Source: Mytilus californianus (taxonomy: Eukaryota). Taken from it: a stretch of 64,000 nucleotides of DNA. The translations under genes were made by a program, and so were the position numbers. A model generated the notes under the pieces. That model saw nothing but the letters and a program-made list of their open reading frames with translations. It was not told the DNA's origin and did no database searches. The DNA lies in contig NW_026262581.1 of NCBI RefSeq assembly GCF_021869535.1, positions 71,052,001 through 71,116,000 of the forward strand, written 5' to 3'. Position 1 is the first letter of the stretch; every line of letters starts with the position of its first letter. This document shows positions 1 to 14,304 of this stretch, piece by piece.

Positions 1-686
1 AGGTTCAGGCTATCTTTGCCAAATATGTATATTTATTACTGACTGTATGCAAATGTTTGTAAGAATTTACTAAACAAACAAAATTTGCTTTTAAGTCTTA
101 TACTTAGTAAACAGCTTTGAACTATAGCATACAATTAAAATACAATTGTTGTTAACTATGATTGTGGTGTTGATGGTTTACTTTTATCTTTGTATAATCC
201 CATTTCGTAACTCGTCTGTTTATCTTTATTCTTATTCCGAGTTACAAAAGGGATTATACAAAGATAAAAGTAAGCCATTAACACCACAATTCCAGAAAGT
301 ACGCAAATAGCATGATGTTCTAAAATACGGCTACTGACGGGTCAAAACAGTATTTAGATAGTTTTTATAGTATAAAGATAAACATATGAACATATGGTGA
401 ATTAAGTTTTACGCTACTTTTAATGGATCTTTAACTACTAGTATGTTTCGTTGTTAGCCTAAGAAACAACTAAAAACGCATAGAAAAACGTACAATAAAA
501 CCACTGCTGAAATTTGATTCTTAAGTCTAGGTATTATGTACCAAATGGTAAGCCTGGTATCTTTGAGGAGTGTTAACAAACACTGTGTCGATGCCGTTGC
601 GGGTGGACGTTTTGTCCCCGAGTTTATTATCCTAATAGTCAGCACTTTTGTGTTTTAATGAATTGACACTCAGTTAAAATGTCACA

Positions 687-932
687 ATCGGAAATAGCCG
701 GGTTGTCTATGTATTTCATCTACAGAATCACAAGCCTGTCAACCATGTGGTTGTGAGTTCAAACCCCGCACGTGGCAGGAGTTTTCGAGCCTGGAATTGC
801 CAATTGTTCTGCCAAAGGTTGGTGGTAATCTCGAGCACTCCAGCTTCCCCCTAAAAAAACACCGCTACGATATATGTAAGAGTACTGAAAGTAGCGTTAA
901 ACACCAACAATCAATCAATCAATCAATCAACA
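687..932 (+). mobile_element. Degenerate tRNA-derived SINE with (CAAT)n tail
   Basis: B-box-like GTTCAAACCC, body clearly homologous to the better-preserved copy at 28068-28311, and tail GCGTTAAACACCAAC(AATC)n. Confidence 0.7.
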
Positions 933-3789
933 ATTGGGAATAGGACACAATCGGTGATATAGCAGTCCAGTCGACTATTCTAAATACAGTAGACCACAAA
1001 ATAAGATGTCACTAGAGAGTTCAAACACAGACACTTCTTATATGTCAACCGAAATTCGTGATGATGACCGTAAAAATTATGTAGTGTCGATTTCTCACGT
1101 TCTTCTTCATAACTGTATTGGAAGATTATGAGATCACCCTGTTAATGTAAGTGTGAATATGCCGAGCGAAACATATTATTTGAGATACGCCATACGATGG
1201 AGCAGAGAGTATGTTACTGACCAGAAATTGTAAATTTGACTCCATTTAAGTTTATTAAATTTGATGATCAGTCTAAATTGATATACTTGATTATAAGTTT
1301 TAACTGATATATTGACTGAAACAAGACGATTTTTACACGGAAACTACTAAATCCTTGAAAGGACAAACCATTGTAAGGAAATCGACTGTTTGACCAAGGT
1401 TTCCATGTATTATCCATGTTATCATCTAGATTAGATAAAAAGTATTTTTTTACAAATCAAAACTTTGAATTGTTTGTACGAGCTCTCGATTAGGTAATTC
1501 GAGATCTTTATTCATATTGGCAATTTGATAACTTGTGATGTATAATATAACAAATCAAGTTGTTATTACATAAAACTGAAAACTTTGTTTACCAAATAGT
1601 GATCTTAAAAAATAACACAAATCAATTTCGAATATACATAATTGTGGTATCAATTTTCTGAATTGGGATGCTGTATACCATATGAAATGAAGTGTGTTCA
1701 AACAATACTACCCTGTAAATAACTGTCTAGTATATGTGTTCTTTTTCTAAATAATTGTCAATCAAAAATTACAGCTTAATACGTCTGTTGAATTTTTTTT
1801 CATCACAGTATCTTTACTGTTGTATCTTAACTTTCTAGTAAAATTAACTAAAAAAAAATCTTTTTAGTTAAAATGACTCCTATGGAGACATGTTTGTGTC
1901 CAATTAGAAAAAAAATAAATATAACCAGAATGCAAAGTATTGGAAAATTAATGTTTGACATCTAATACCAAATAAAAATGTACTATTTGAAAAACTGTGT
2001 GTTAATGTAAAAAACATCAAATGTACTTGTAAAAATCTTGGCAAAAAAAAATGTGTAAAATTATGAAAGTTAAAAAATGAAATGAAATGACGTCTCCAAC
2101 TTTTAACAAAATATGCACACGTCATTTGTAAGATATGCACTAGAGTAGCAATATCCTATTATTCAATTTTAACATTGTTTAAGGTTGGGATCAAATGCAT
2201 TTCACAGCTAATTTTCTGCTGTTTTGTTTTTGTTTTTTTGTATCAATAAGGATAAATTATACTTTCGTATACTCAAGAATTTTAATGGTTTTTTATCAAC
2301 GTTGTAATAAAACGCCATATTTATTAACTTGAAATGTTGAAAAAAAAAACATTTTAACCGTACACACCAAAAATAGGACATGTTATTGCATTAGTTGAAT
2401 TGCTGTATTTTTTTTTTTTTTATTAAATACCAATTTTAATATTGATCTTGCTATATTTTGCTTTATCTTTTTTATTGTTGATAATTTTATGCGGCACAAT
2501 TATTACAGGCGCTTGGGGAAAGGGCGATTTTTTTTGGTAATAGAGATATGTTGTGATTTTTCGTGTTTTCTCTTCTTTCATTTCTTAATTGATACTTTTT
2601 AAATTTTATTTTGTTTCTGCACGTTTTTCAGTTTTCATAATAAAAAATAAATAAACCATAAATCAGGTAGGTATTTGAAAAGGGGATACTGTATAAAGAA
2701 CATATTTTGATTTCCATATACAAATATTGATTAATAACTAGTCTTCGATCAAGTCCTTTTTCCTTATCCACGCGTATATTGGATTAAAAATTACATAACA
2801 TACAAGGCTTTTAGTTCAGTACACCAAAGTCCCAATCAACAACGATTCATTATTTAATGTTTCCCAATATAAACAGACACTATGTCACTAGCTATGTGCT
2901 TATGTAAGATATATGTGTGCATTGGCTTGTACTTTTAATATTATTCAGATCATATCGGCAAGAATATGGCCGTGATTATTTGAAAGAAACAAGACACACA
3001 GTTACTACAACAAACAGTTTTTCATTGACACCACACTTGACCTGCATTGATTTAGTTACTATTTTGTTCAAATAACACTCCCCCTCCAGTTTTCAAAGAT
3101 TTCTCAAAAATCTTGTCAAGAGCCATCCCACAACTCCTAAGCACATGTTTAAGAATATCTTAAAAGTGAAAAGCATGTATATGATTATTGTTTACCCAAA
3201 TCATCTTAGAAAATGAAGACGTCCAATAATCCAGTCCCTGACAGAGAGATTTCTGGAAAATCTACAACCACTTAAAATGGGACAAATTCAATACAACTTG
3301 TTCATTCTAAAAAAAGGTATTTGTAAACATGATCAATCAACATATATTGAGATACATAACGATAAACTAAAAATGTTTTAAAACATTAGGTCATCATTAG
3401 CAAAGTGTTTATCAAAGAACTTCTACTTGAATGTAGTACAACTGTTTTCCGATTGCAAAATGATCAATATGAAGTATTTTGCAGATTTACTAAACATTTA
3501 TATTAATAACAAACAAAGACTTACTTTATTGCAAATGTTAATATCCAGTTTGAAAATGTTGACCTAAAGTGAAAATCTATTTTTAATTTTGGTAAAGACC
3601 AGTATTACCTGTGTCACAGAAATTACTTAGCACAATACGTTTTGTTTCTATCTATATTCCTTTCTTTTGTTGCATCATCAGCCTTATATGCGTTCACATA
3701 AAAATGATCTTGGTCTGTTTATTAAGTTTATATTAATCAACTAATATACCTACGCATAAATTGTTTGTCAAACTGGTCTTTCGTCTTGT

Positions 3790-3930
3790 ACAACGTACAG
3801 GTCGTTTTTTATGTGTCTTCCTACTCTTTTGATTCGAGCGTCACTGATGAGTCTTTGAAAGACGAAATGCGCGTCTGGCGTTCGATATTACAAACTCGGT
3901 TTCTTAAAGAGTTTATTTTATCAGATTCCT
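3790..3930. repeat. Fragment of a HINE/Helentron-like interspersed repeat
   Basis: TTTGATTCGAGCGTCACTGATGAGTCTTT...GACGAAATGCGCGTCTGGCGT resembles a common mytilid non-autonomous repeat terminus. Recognised from memory, not searched. Confidence 0.4.
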
Positions 3931-4109
3931 GACTGAATGTACCTTGAAGTCTGTTTAAAATGTCATGAAAGAGTACATAAAAATATCAAGAAATTACACG
4001 ATTTTCAAATTTCAAATTTGCACCGAACACATCAGTATACATGAAGAAAAACATTTTTATTTTTACCTTATAATTTCATTTATATATTGTGCAAATATAG
4101 ATGTGGAAG

Positions 4110-4500
4110 TCACCATCTGCCGATTTAATTTAGATGGTGGCAGGTTTAGCGAGAGAAAACAGAGGATGCCGTCTCTGTGACTCAAACCACATTGGTGACG
4201 AGTACCATTACATTATAAATTGTAGTACATTTGAGTTAGAAATAAAGATTTTTTCACCGCAGTATTGTTGGTCAAACCCTAATATCTATAAATTTGATCA
4301 ACTGTTTAACTCATCAAATATTGTTACTAGAAAAATTAAGTAAATTTATCAAAGTTATAAATGTGAAAGTCAGTCCTCCAAGTTAATTTCATTGTATTGT
4401 TCACACATGCACGTAATAATTGTACCTGCTAGCTATGTTTATATATGATCTCTATAACTATATTAATGTAGTTTTGTGAGAAATAAAGGATTCGTATTCG
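4110..4500 (+). mobile_element. 5'-truncated LINE 3' end (C-terminal CCHC region of ORF2)
   Basis: ORF 4134..4343 reads RENRGCRLCDSNHIGDEYHYIINC, a C-x2-C...H...C LINE C-terminal motif. AATAAA follows near 4482. Confidence 0.75.
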
Positions 4501-7500
4501 GTAAAAAAAGGTGACACGTGTCAGTGTTTTAAACACTTGACTAATTAGTTAGACATTTAATAAACATCTTTTTAAGAGGTAATCTCAGAGAAAACCATGC
4601 AAAAGGGTCCAGAAGCAATGTTGTCCAAATTTTATATAACTTGGACAGTAATTTGGTGCATGTATAAGCTTTCAAATGAAAAATAATTTGTTCTCAAAAA
4701 TTTTAAATGGCCGACGCACGGAGTTCATCTTGGAAAGTAGGACTTTTCTTAAAATGGCATCAAAATGACAGCAAAACGAAGGCAAATCAGAACAATTTTT
4801 TACACTGTAATAATACAAACAAACACTATATCCCATTTGTAACACACACATAGTACAATTTGTTTTTACTTTATTTCAAAACTTATTTCAAACCTTACTT
4901 CAAACCTTAATCATATCGTCATCAAAGGGAGATAACTTTTTGAAAATGGCAATTTGCCCAAAAAAATGGATTCCCAATTTTTAAAAATATATAGCGCCTA
5001 AAATAACACTTATTTTTTCAAATCAATATTATAAATCGATAAAACTACTAACCCATACTGCTTTCATAAAATATTGTACTGGGAATTTGAATAACAAAAT
5101 AATTTTGCCACTTCAAAGTTTGCTGATTAAAAAAAAAAATGGGGGCTCATAAGCTTTTCAATATCTATACCTTAACTGCTCAGGTAAATATAACTTAATT
5201 CAAATTGTGCCTAAATAAATATCAATAATGTATGCCAGCAAGTTTATTTTCCATTTAATATGATTTATTCTGAAATAATAACTAATTAAAAGGGGAAAAG
5301 GGGGGTTGAATATACATCCATTTCCTGTATGGGCCACCTTTTTTCAATTTAAGAATATCTTTCAAAACAAAAGTGTAATGTTGTTAGAAATTTATAAAAA
5401 TTATTTTGTACAGTTATCAGGTGTTTTTTTTTTTAAATATATGGCCTGGTTTATATTTTACAAAAACGGATAAAGAGAAAAACCATAGTAAAACTTGAGT
5501 GAAAACTGAAATTTTGTTAAAAATTTTCAATGGGCATTCAAAATAGTATCTAAAACATTATTTTAAAACTGACACATACTATTTATGAAGTAACAAGTTC
5601 AGTAATACCATTATTATCCCAGTCATAAAAATCTTAGTATCCAATTTACAGGGTGTAAAAAGCTTCTACGGTACTTATTCAACCTGAACTTCTATTGAAT
5701 TGTAACTAAAACCAACATAATGTTTTCATCCAGGCGCATATTCAAATAGATTGAAATACAAACTATAACATAATAAACTTGAAATTCAATTAAAAATCTT
5801 CAAGATGAACAATCTTCCATACATTTATCTTGACAATATACCCTTGGTTTGTGTGAACAGTGTATAGATCAGAAAAGGAGAAAACATTTGGAGATATTTC
5901 CTTTTCATTTATAATTTTGTTTAATAAAAAAATCTATACCTTCATAATTCTATAAATAACATATTTTTATCAACAAATGATCTATAAAAGAATAACAATA
6001 CTAAAAGAAAATATATTTTTCTCACTTTAAGCCTATTAGTTTGCAAATATAAATAGCTAAAAGTGCATATCAAGACAAAGCCCTCTTTCGTTGTCAGTAT
6101 CTAAGTATGAATAAAACTTCTATCCAAGACTTTTGGCATAAATTGTATAACACTCATATTCAGCAGATAATAATTTTTATAGATCATAAAACATATTTGT
6201 TCTTTTAGTCCACAGATTTAAGCATATTAATAAAAGAAAATGTGGGGTATATTTCTACAAGACAGCATTCCAACAACACAAAAAGAGCAAGTTTTTGAAG
6301 AAACATCCAGTTTTCAAGAACTGACAAGTTTCTACACAATTATGATACTGTAAGCTTTAAATTCCCCAGTCTGGAAAAGTTGTGAATTATATTCAACCAT
6401 GCCAGACTAACAAGTAAAGATCTAGTATCAACAAAAACAAAATAAAAGAAAGTACATCATGCTCAATTACAACCTGGATATATCATGAATGATTATAGGT
6501 TCACTGTAATTAAAAGTTAGAGTTTATGCACAAGAATGTTCAGTAAAAGTAACATCTATTACTAACAATACGATGTACCAATATACTAAACACATAAATT
6601 ATGCCAAGATAAAAATATTCACCAAATATGCAGACCCGCTAGTCTTTTCCTGCAGAAAATTCATACTTGTGAAAATATCATAAAAAGTGTTCATTACATT
6701 TCATGCAATAACTTTCTTGTTTGCCCTGACATTCACCAATATAATAAAACTGAAAAAAATCATTGAAATTATAGGTGTGTAAAACTTGGTCACATGTGAT
6801 CATGAAGATTTGTCATTTTGTCGTGCCAGGGCCTTTTATAGCTGACTATACGATATGAGTTTTTCTAATTGTTGAAGGTCCTATGTTGAGAAACAATTAT
6901 CTTGAACAAGTACAAATGCATCACCTAGAGGCAATAGCCATGATTAAATTGAAACCAGATCATATTATTGGAGACCTTACTTATTTTACTAGTCTTTTTT
7001 TAAAACAAACTGTTTAGACTCAGTTATCAAGTTTGTAATACAAATGAGAAGCTGTGGTGTTTATGTTAAATTATCACCGTTTCTAGAGCAAAAGTGGGAA
7101 TGACAGGGCGTCTTTATCGCCTACTTCGCCTGGTGCGGTGACCCCAAATAACAGTGTAACTTTTTCTTAAAGTCTAGTTGGTACAAGTATTTGGATGATC
7201 TATCAATTATTTATCACAAACTTCCACATATTTCCAATGGACATGTGTGTGTGTACTGCTTAGGACATCTACCCTTCTTCATAATCATAACTGATGTTAA
7301 ATTTAATTTCCATATATCATTTTATGAATGAAGTTCTGTTAGACAGCTAGAACCACAAATATAAAAATTGTAAAAATCAAATAGGAATTTACCGATACTT
7401 CTTTGACATCATTGGTTGTGACTTTACAACTTGCTAAGTAAAGAATTTAATGGGGTTATTCAAACGTCATCTACAGTAACAATAGCATCACGTTCTATAT

Positions 7501-8344
7501 ATTGACAGTAGAAAAAACCTCGTTTAAAATATCGACAGCATTAGCATTAAAATCATTCATCTCTAACATAGCAACAGCTTCTGAGAGTTTTTTTGTCGTC
7601 ATCTACATTAACCTCTTGAAGTTCTACTCGTGGTTTCTTTACTGCCAAAGAAGACTTTGATTTTGAAATAATGTTAATAATATATCCTTTGATTTGAGGT
7701 GGGTTAAAAGGATTTGACATCAATTAGTGGTGGAAAGATTTTCATTACTGTAAAAACATAAATAACTTATAAATTTGGTTGGTGTCTTAAACCTATACCA
7801 ACAGTGGTGAAATATATATTCAACCTATGCCTACCAACTAAATACAACGAGTGTTGTTATAACAAATCGTAATTAAGTACAGATAAGATACAGCCAGTAT
7901 TTTGAAGCGTTAACAATTACTCCTTTATAATTAGAAACAACAGTTATAGGGGAATTTGCTGCCAAAACAATGTTCACCAATTTGATTCAAAATTGATTAA
8001 TAACATACTAAAGCGTATATCCAAATTATGTATCATATGTATCAGCATTTCATGTGTATTTTAGTCTAGACGTTGTCTAATTAACCATCGAGGTGACCTC
8101 CGAAGACAGCCGACAGTCATGGAACCTGATATAATATAAATGAGAAGATGGGATAAACATAAATATAGATATAAATAGATAAATATATAGCAAACATGTG
8201 CAATTGGATTTTTCTAGGTCTGTTTGGTTTCATATTATAGGTTACAAATATGTTAATCATGGTTTTTACCTGTAGAAGAAAGACTTTCTGCGGATCGAAT
8301 CAGTCAACCAAATAATTTACCCTTGTTTTACTTTCAATTTTGAC

Positions 8345-8389
8345 AAAAATAGTCATATTTTTATATATATCTCGTAGCTAATGCCCTTT
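8345..8389. mobile_element. Solo terminus of a Kolobok-like DNA transposon
   Basis: TATATCTCGTAGCTAATGCCCTTTTAA matches the termini of the element at 10436-11115 and ends in TTAA. Confidence 0.5.
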
Positions 8390-9077
8390 TAAATACTTGC
8401 AAAGTTATGTTGTAGCAAATATGAAATTTTTAAAAATATAGACCAAAATAAAACAATAGAACACTTCTGTACGGTGGAATAATTGAAACTTTTGTTGTTT
8501 TAGATATAAACACAACCAAACATACATAATTATCATCCTTCCCTACCGCTATATCAGCTTCCTCAACATATCTGTAAAACTCGTATCCAGTTAGCGCGTG
8601 CAAGTGAGGAGACATTATCAAGTGAGCAGGACTTATCAACAAATTCTCCCAACATATTGCCTTGTATTGTAATGGTGATAAGTCACCAAATAAATTCTTT
8701 TAATAAAAATAAATTACACTTGCAGTACATATTTTACAATGAACCATTTCTTTTTTCCTAAAATTACTTTACATTCTGAAACGAGATGTTGATAAAATGG
8801 TGTCGACGGCAGTCTTGATAAGTTCTGCCGGGCCGGGACTCCTTTTTTCAGAACTGAACTATTTGACCTAATTTGAACTATTGATCTGACCTGTATTGAG
8901 ATCAATCTATCGATACAAATATCAACAATGCGGGGGTGGCAGTTTAAATTATTAAAAACATTTATAGTGAACATGTATATAGTTACGATACTGTTGTCAG
9001 GTCATTAAATGTATATAGTTACGATACTGTTGTCAGGTCATTAAAGATTGCATATTTTGGCGTTAATATTGATTCAC

Positions 9078-9742
9078 TTATAGGGTCTTTGCATCGGCAC
9101 TTAACACATTTATTTAAAAACCAGTTGTTGGCATGACACGGGTTATGTTCTTCTCATATATGTTATGATGGTATGATACTAAGCCCCTAACGGGAAGGAT
9201 TGTGCCTGATATTCATATGATGAAGACATAATCTTTCAATCAGTTTAATTGAAGTCTGGAGCTGGCATGTCAGTTAACTGCTAGTAGTCTGTTGTTATTT
9301 ATGTATTATTGTCATTTTGTTTATTTTCTTTGGTTACATCTTCTGACATCAGACTCGGACTTCTCTTGAACTGAATTTTGATGTGCGTATTGTTATGCGT
9401 TTACTTTTCTACATTGGCTAGAGGTATAGGGGGAGGGTTGAGATCTCATAAACATGTTTAACCCCGCCGCATTTTTGCGCCTGTCCCAAGTCAGGAGCCT
9501 CTAGCCTTTGTTAGTCTTGTATTATTTTTAATTTTAGTTTCTTGTGTACAATTTGGAGTTTAGTATGGCGTTCATTATCACTGAACTAGTATATATATTT
9601 GTTTAGGGGCCAGCTGAAGGACGCCTCCTGGTGCGGGAATTTCTCGCTGCATTGAAGACCATTTGGTGACCTTCTGCTGTTGTCTGTTCTATGGTCGGGT
9701 TGTTGTCTCTTTGACACACTCCCCATTTCCATTTTCAATTTT
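9078..9742. mobile_element. Non-autonomous HINE/MgE-like interspersed element
   Basis: Non-coding block ending GTTGTCTCTTTGACACACTCCCCATTTCCATTTTCAATTTT, with internal TTTAACCCCGCC...CCTGTCCCAAGTCAGGAGCC. Related internal motifs recur near 20790-20830. The family name is from memory. Confidence 0.6.
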
Positions 9743-10214
9743 ATGAATCTGTCTTTCTCAGATTAACTTCTCCTTTACGAATTACGACTACTTAAATATA
9801 TATGTGTACTTTTAGTCTTGAAAACAAACAGCATTTTGATGCGTTTCTGGAATTTTTTTATGAAGCGTATGCTGTTCAGCAGTCATCGAGTAGAAATGTT
9901 CTTCTTCTGCTGATATGAAATACTACGATCTTTCAATATAATCTTTAATATTTCTTTTTTTTTGTATCATCTTCAAATATTATACTCTCATATATGCATT
10001 ATCATGTACACGAAACATTTTTCTTCCTCTAGTTAATGGGAATATTTCACCCTGCGTATTTCGGCCACAAGGTGTATCCGCGGTTTAATATTTTGATGAC
10101 GTGTGTTGCCTAGTAATAACAGAGACACTCTGGTAATAACAATTCCCGCGAAATTATTGAAAAAGGAAATTTTGATAAAAAACATTGCTTTGAAAGATGA
10201 TAAAATGTTATCTA

Positions 10215-10356
10215 AATGTGGATTGTATAGATATTGAAAAATATCAGCCCCCTCGACAGAATATGAAGCTAAATGGCTCGTTCGCTACGCTCACTCGACA
10301 TTTAGCTTCATATTCTGCCTCGCGGGCTGATATTTTTCTATATCTACATATCCACA
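10215..10356. repeat. About 140-bp imperfect palindrome (foldback)
   Basis: Left arm AAAATATCAGCCC..CAGAATATGAAGCTAAATG pairs with right arm CATTTAGCTTCATATTCTG..GGGCTGATATTTT. The loop of about 22 nt contains GCTCGTTCGCTACGCTCACTCG. Confidence 0.85.
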
Positions 10357-10435
10357 TCCAAATAACATGTACATATACATATTTGAAAATTTTAAAAATA
10401 AAGTATAAAAACACATTTTATTTGTGATTGTTTAA

Positions 10436-11115
10436 AGGGCCATTAAGTGCGAAATATATATAAAAATAAAATATGATTATGTTTTATTAAATCATTAATG
10501 AAAATGAAATAGTGAAATAATAATTCGCTTTTAGCTGCAAGTTTGGTTCAATTTTGTCAAAACAAGCTTAGAAACATCACTGATGAATTATTCACTTGCA
10601 AGTGAATAATTCGACCTCATTGAATCCGTATCCATGTGACCTTCAATTTGACCTCTTTGCTAGAGATGAGTTACGCATAAATAAGGTGTGTTCTGCTATT
10701 AAAAGTAAAAAATGCCAACATTGAAATTAAAACAAGGGTAAACCATTTGGTTGATTTATTAGATCCATAAAAACATTCTTATACAGGTAAAAACGATGAT
10801 AAACATATGTTTTAACCTATAATATGAAATCAAACAGACCTAAAAAAAATCAATTGCACGTGTTCGCTATCTATTTATATCTATATTAAGGTTCATATCG
10901 GGTTATATGACAGTCTTCGGAGGTCAACTCGAAGGTTAATTAGATGGCTAGACTAAAAATACACCCGAAATGCTGATACATATTATCGAGCCCATGTATC
11001 GTAAATTGTTAATTTCAGACCTTTTGTAATTTGGATATACGTTTTAGTATGTTATTTATCAAATATGAAAATTTTAGTCAAATCGCTGAACATTGTTTTG
11101 ACAGCTAATGCCCCA
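10436..11115. mobile_element. Non-autonomous Kolobok-like DNA transposon (TTAA TSD)
   Basis: TTAA at 10432-10435 and 11116-11119. Imperfect TIRs AGGGCCATTAAGTG / CAGCTAATGCCCCA. No ORF. Confidence 0.6.
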
Positions 11116-12548
11116 TTAAAGTACAAGATTTGTTCATTTATGACATGTTGCTGAAACTCCAAGCTAAAAAGTGTATCAATTATAAAAATAAGAAGATGTG
11201 GTATGATTGCCAATGATACAACTCTCCACAAGAGACCAAATGACATACCAAGTCTGAAGAAATAGAACATTCATATAATGAAATATGTAGACAGCTCTCT
11301 CACAAGCAATTAAAATCTCATTAATTTGATTCATTATCTATATTTAAATGTATATCAATTTAGAATGATTTCCGCGTATAAGAATCATAATTACTTGTTG
11401 AATCTTACAATGATTTAAAAAAAAATAGTTCACTCATATGTTTTGTCAATGAAGTGCTCTATTGTCAAATTCGAGTACAATTTGCTAAGCACATAAGGAG
11501 CGGCATAGTTATATTAATGCATATAACATGTATGAGCGGTAATATGCCAGACCGCTTCTGAAATTTTCAGATTTGGAAGGGCCAGATAAGGGCCTTTCTA
11601 GAAAATATCTTTCTAGAATATATGATATTCGTAACAAATAATGTAACGCAAATGTATACAAAAACACATATATTTCATTAAAACCTGAAATGTGAATTAA
11701 TAATTAATAACAGATAAAATACAGTCAGGCTGTTGGATAATTTGCACAGTATACAAAAAAAACTCGCACAATAGAATTTGTAAAAAAGGATCACTAAAAG
11801 AATATTTGATATGTTCAAAGCAGTTTGAGGGCAAATAACAAAAATCTTGCTAAATAAAATTAGTACAAAAATGTTCATGTGTGATTTTTGGTTGTGATGT
11901 AACCATATGCGCTGATTATATTTTTAATGCTAAATAACTACAGAGTTCAATCTGACTAAAACAATAGACATATCTTCTTTCCAATAAGTGGTTTAAGACT
12001 AAACTGATTTTAACATATGATCAATATGCTTTTTATGGGTTCTATAGGTGTGTGATGTTATATTTCTTTTATTGACAGTCAATGTATAGGCCTGTTGTCA
12101 AACATCAAGTTTTCTCATAGATTCAAAGAATTATTAAATATCAAGATAGATAACTCTGTATCCCATGACAAACAATCACATTCAATGAAACAGTATTGAA
12201 ATGATTATGTTCACTTAAGAATGATTTATTACCGTAAAATATAAAAAAAGAAGCAATAACAAAAAAAAACAAAGAAAAAATACGTAATATAAGTCCCAGC
12301 ATTATGTTAAAAAAACTTATTTTACTGTTTATTACCTTAATGATAATATTTATAATAAGAATAAGATTAATTTCATATGTTCTGAACATTTTCTTATGTC
12401 TTTATTTTTTAACTCTGAACATATAAACTCCTTATTTTTATAGGTCGACCACATAGTGAATATTCTGGGAAAGGCTACAGAAATATAAAGTCAGGTCTGT
12501 CCCATCAGCAACAGTGTGACAATTCTTAAATTTGAACATGCGTCCTTC

Positions 12549-13001
12549 AGGTTACAAGGAAGTAATTATTTACATAGGCGACAATGGTAGCCTTTTTTGG
12601 TCCTGTGTTTTCCCTATCAAAGATCCATTGACAAAAATGTCGAAATCTGAATTATCAACACCTTTTGGTGTAACTGAAAATGCAAAACACATATGGTGCC
12701 GCAGCTTTTTTGATAGAAAAATGGCATTTTTTTAGGGTACTCAACGGTTCCGGAATTTTCGAAATAGTATAAATGAAGAACACCCGTTGCTAAATTTGGC
12801 ACAGAAAATGTTTCTCGTCACAGAGAGTTTTCTCTAAATTTCTCGCTATTTCTACACCAATGGCCAACACTCATTTCTCACTATTTCAATTTTGATTTCT
12901 AATTACTAGGGCAGCAGAAAATAAATTTACTCCTACCTACTATCTTGGATGTGAAATCTAGGTGGCGTCAATCATCTTATTTACTTCCTTTTAACCTATA
13001 C
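12549..13001. mobile_element. 453-bp MITE-like module, copy 1
   Basis: Terminal inverted repeats AGGTTACAAGGAAGTAA / TTACTTCCTTTTAACCT (16/17 match), imperfectly extendable to about 35 bp. Confidence 0.7.
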
Positions 13002-13851
13002 TGACATATATTGAAATAAAATCAGACAATCTTTACATAAGTCGATTACTTTATTCCCCTGCTGCTTAACTTCAAATTTTTGGATTAAAGATACAATTGT
13101 TCACTATTTAAAATTACTTCCTTCACAGGTACCCCCCTTTGCAGAAAACGTTACTTTTTACGCACTTGGGGCAATTGACCAGCTTATTTTGACTGTTTGG
13201 CTATTTTTAAAACGAGGTGTTTGATTAAGAAAGTTCGATATAGGCCTATTAAAGACTTTAGGCTGATGATTTGATAAATGTGTCCAACTTATATGTCTTT
13301 ATCACGAATATATAAAGACCGTTGCATAAGAGCCAAAATATTTTATGAAATAGACTATAAAAATGTTAAAACTAAGAATTTATCATTGCTGTTATGTGTT
13401 TTATATGAATCGTGTGCAGAACATTCAATTTGACGATACTAAGGAGAAACATGTAAAGCCTTTGATTTTTTACTTAATTTTAATATTTTAGGGGCATTTT
13501 GGCACATTTTTATCATTAAAAATACAAAAATGTCGCTAACGTCAGCAAAAATAAGCCCCCCTTTTTTTTAGATATGCATAAAAACATGCAGTGTTATCGG
13601 GGATGAGGAGAAATGATTAAAGACAGAGTCCTTGACAGAATTCTAGTTCTTACAGTAGGTTAATGAACCCTACCCCTTAGGCAGAAGAATAAAAAAACAG
13701 TAAAAATTTGATATATACTATAGGTTCATGGCGATCAGAAAATTTCTTCTGATACAGTTTATCACTTATTACCTTATTACCTTAATACCTTTCCAATTTC
13801 TAAAATATCTCGAAAAATAAAGTGATGCGCCAGAAATCGTTATTTCGCTTT

Positions 13852-14304
13852 AGGTTACAAGGAAGTAATTATTTACATAGGCGACAATGGTAGCCTTTTT
13901 TGGTCCTGTGTTTTCCATATCAAAGATCCATTGACAAAAATGTCGAAATCTGAATTATCAACACCTTTGTGTGCAATTGAAACTGCAAAACACATATGGT
14001 GCTGCAGCTTTTTTGATAGAAAAATGGCATTTTTTAGGGTACTCAACGGTTCCGGGATTTTCGAAATAGTATAAATGAAGAACACCCGTTGCTAAATTTG
14101 GCACAGAAAATGTTTCTCGTCACAGAGAGTTTTCTCTAAATTTCTCGCTATTTCTACACCAATGGCCAACACTCATTTCTCACTATTTCAATTTTGATTT
14201 CTAATTACTAGGGCAGCAGAAAATAAATTTACTTCTACCTATTATCTTGGATGTGAAATTTAGGTGGCGCCAATCATCTTTATTTACTTCCTTTTAACCT
14301 ATAC
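13852..14304. mobile_element. 453-bp MITE-like module, copy 2 (direct repeat of copy 1)
   Basis: Same TIRs, TA-flanked. About a dozen substitutions relative to copy 1, counted by eye. Confidence 0.7.

Noticed and set aside
2990-3280. Possible L1/Tx1 ORF2 C-terminus on the minus strand
   Set aside because: There is only a vague resemblance (KLEGECYLNK...CGVNEKLFVV) with many stops, which is not supportable by eye.
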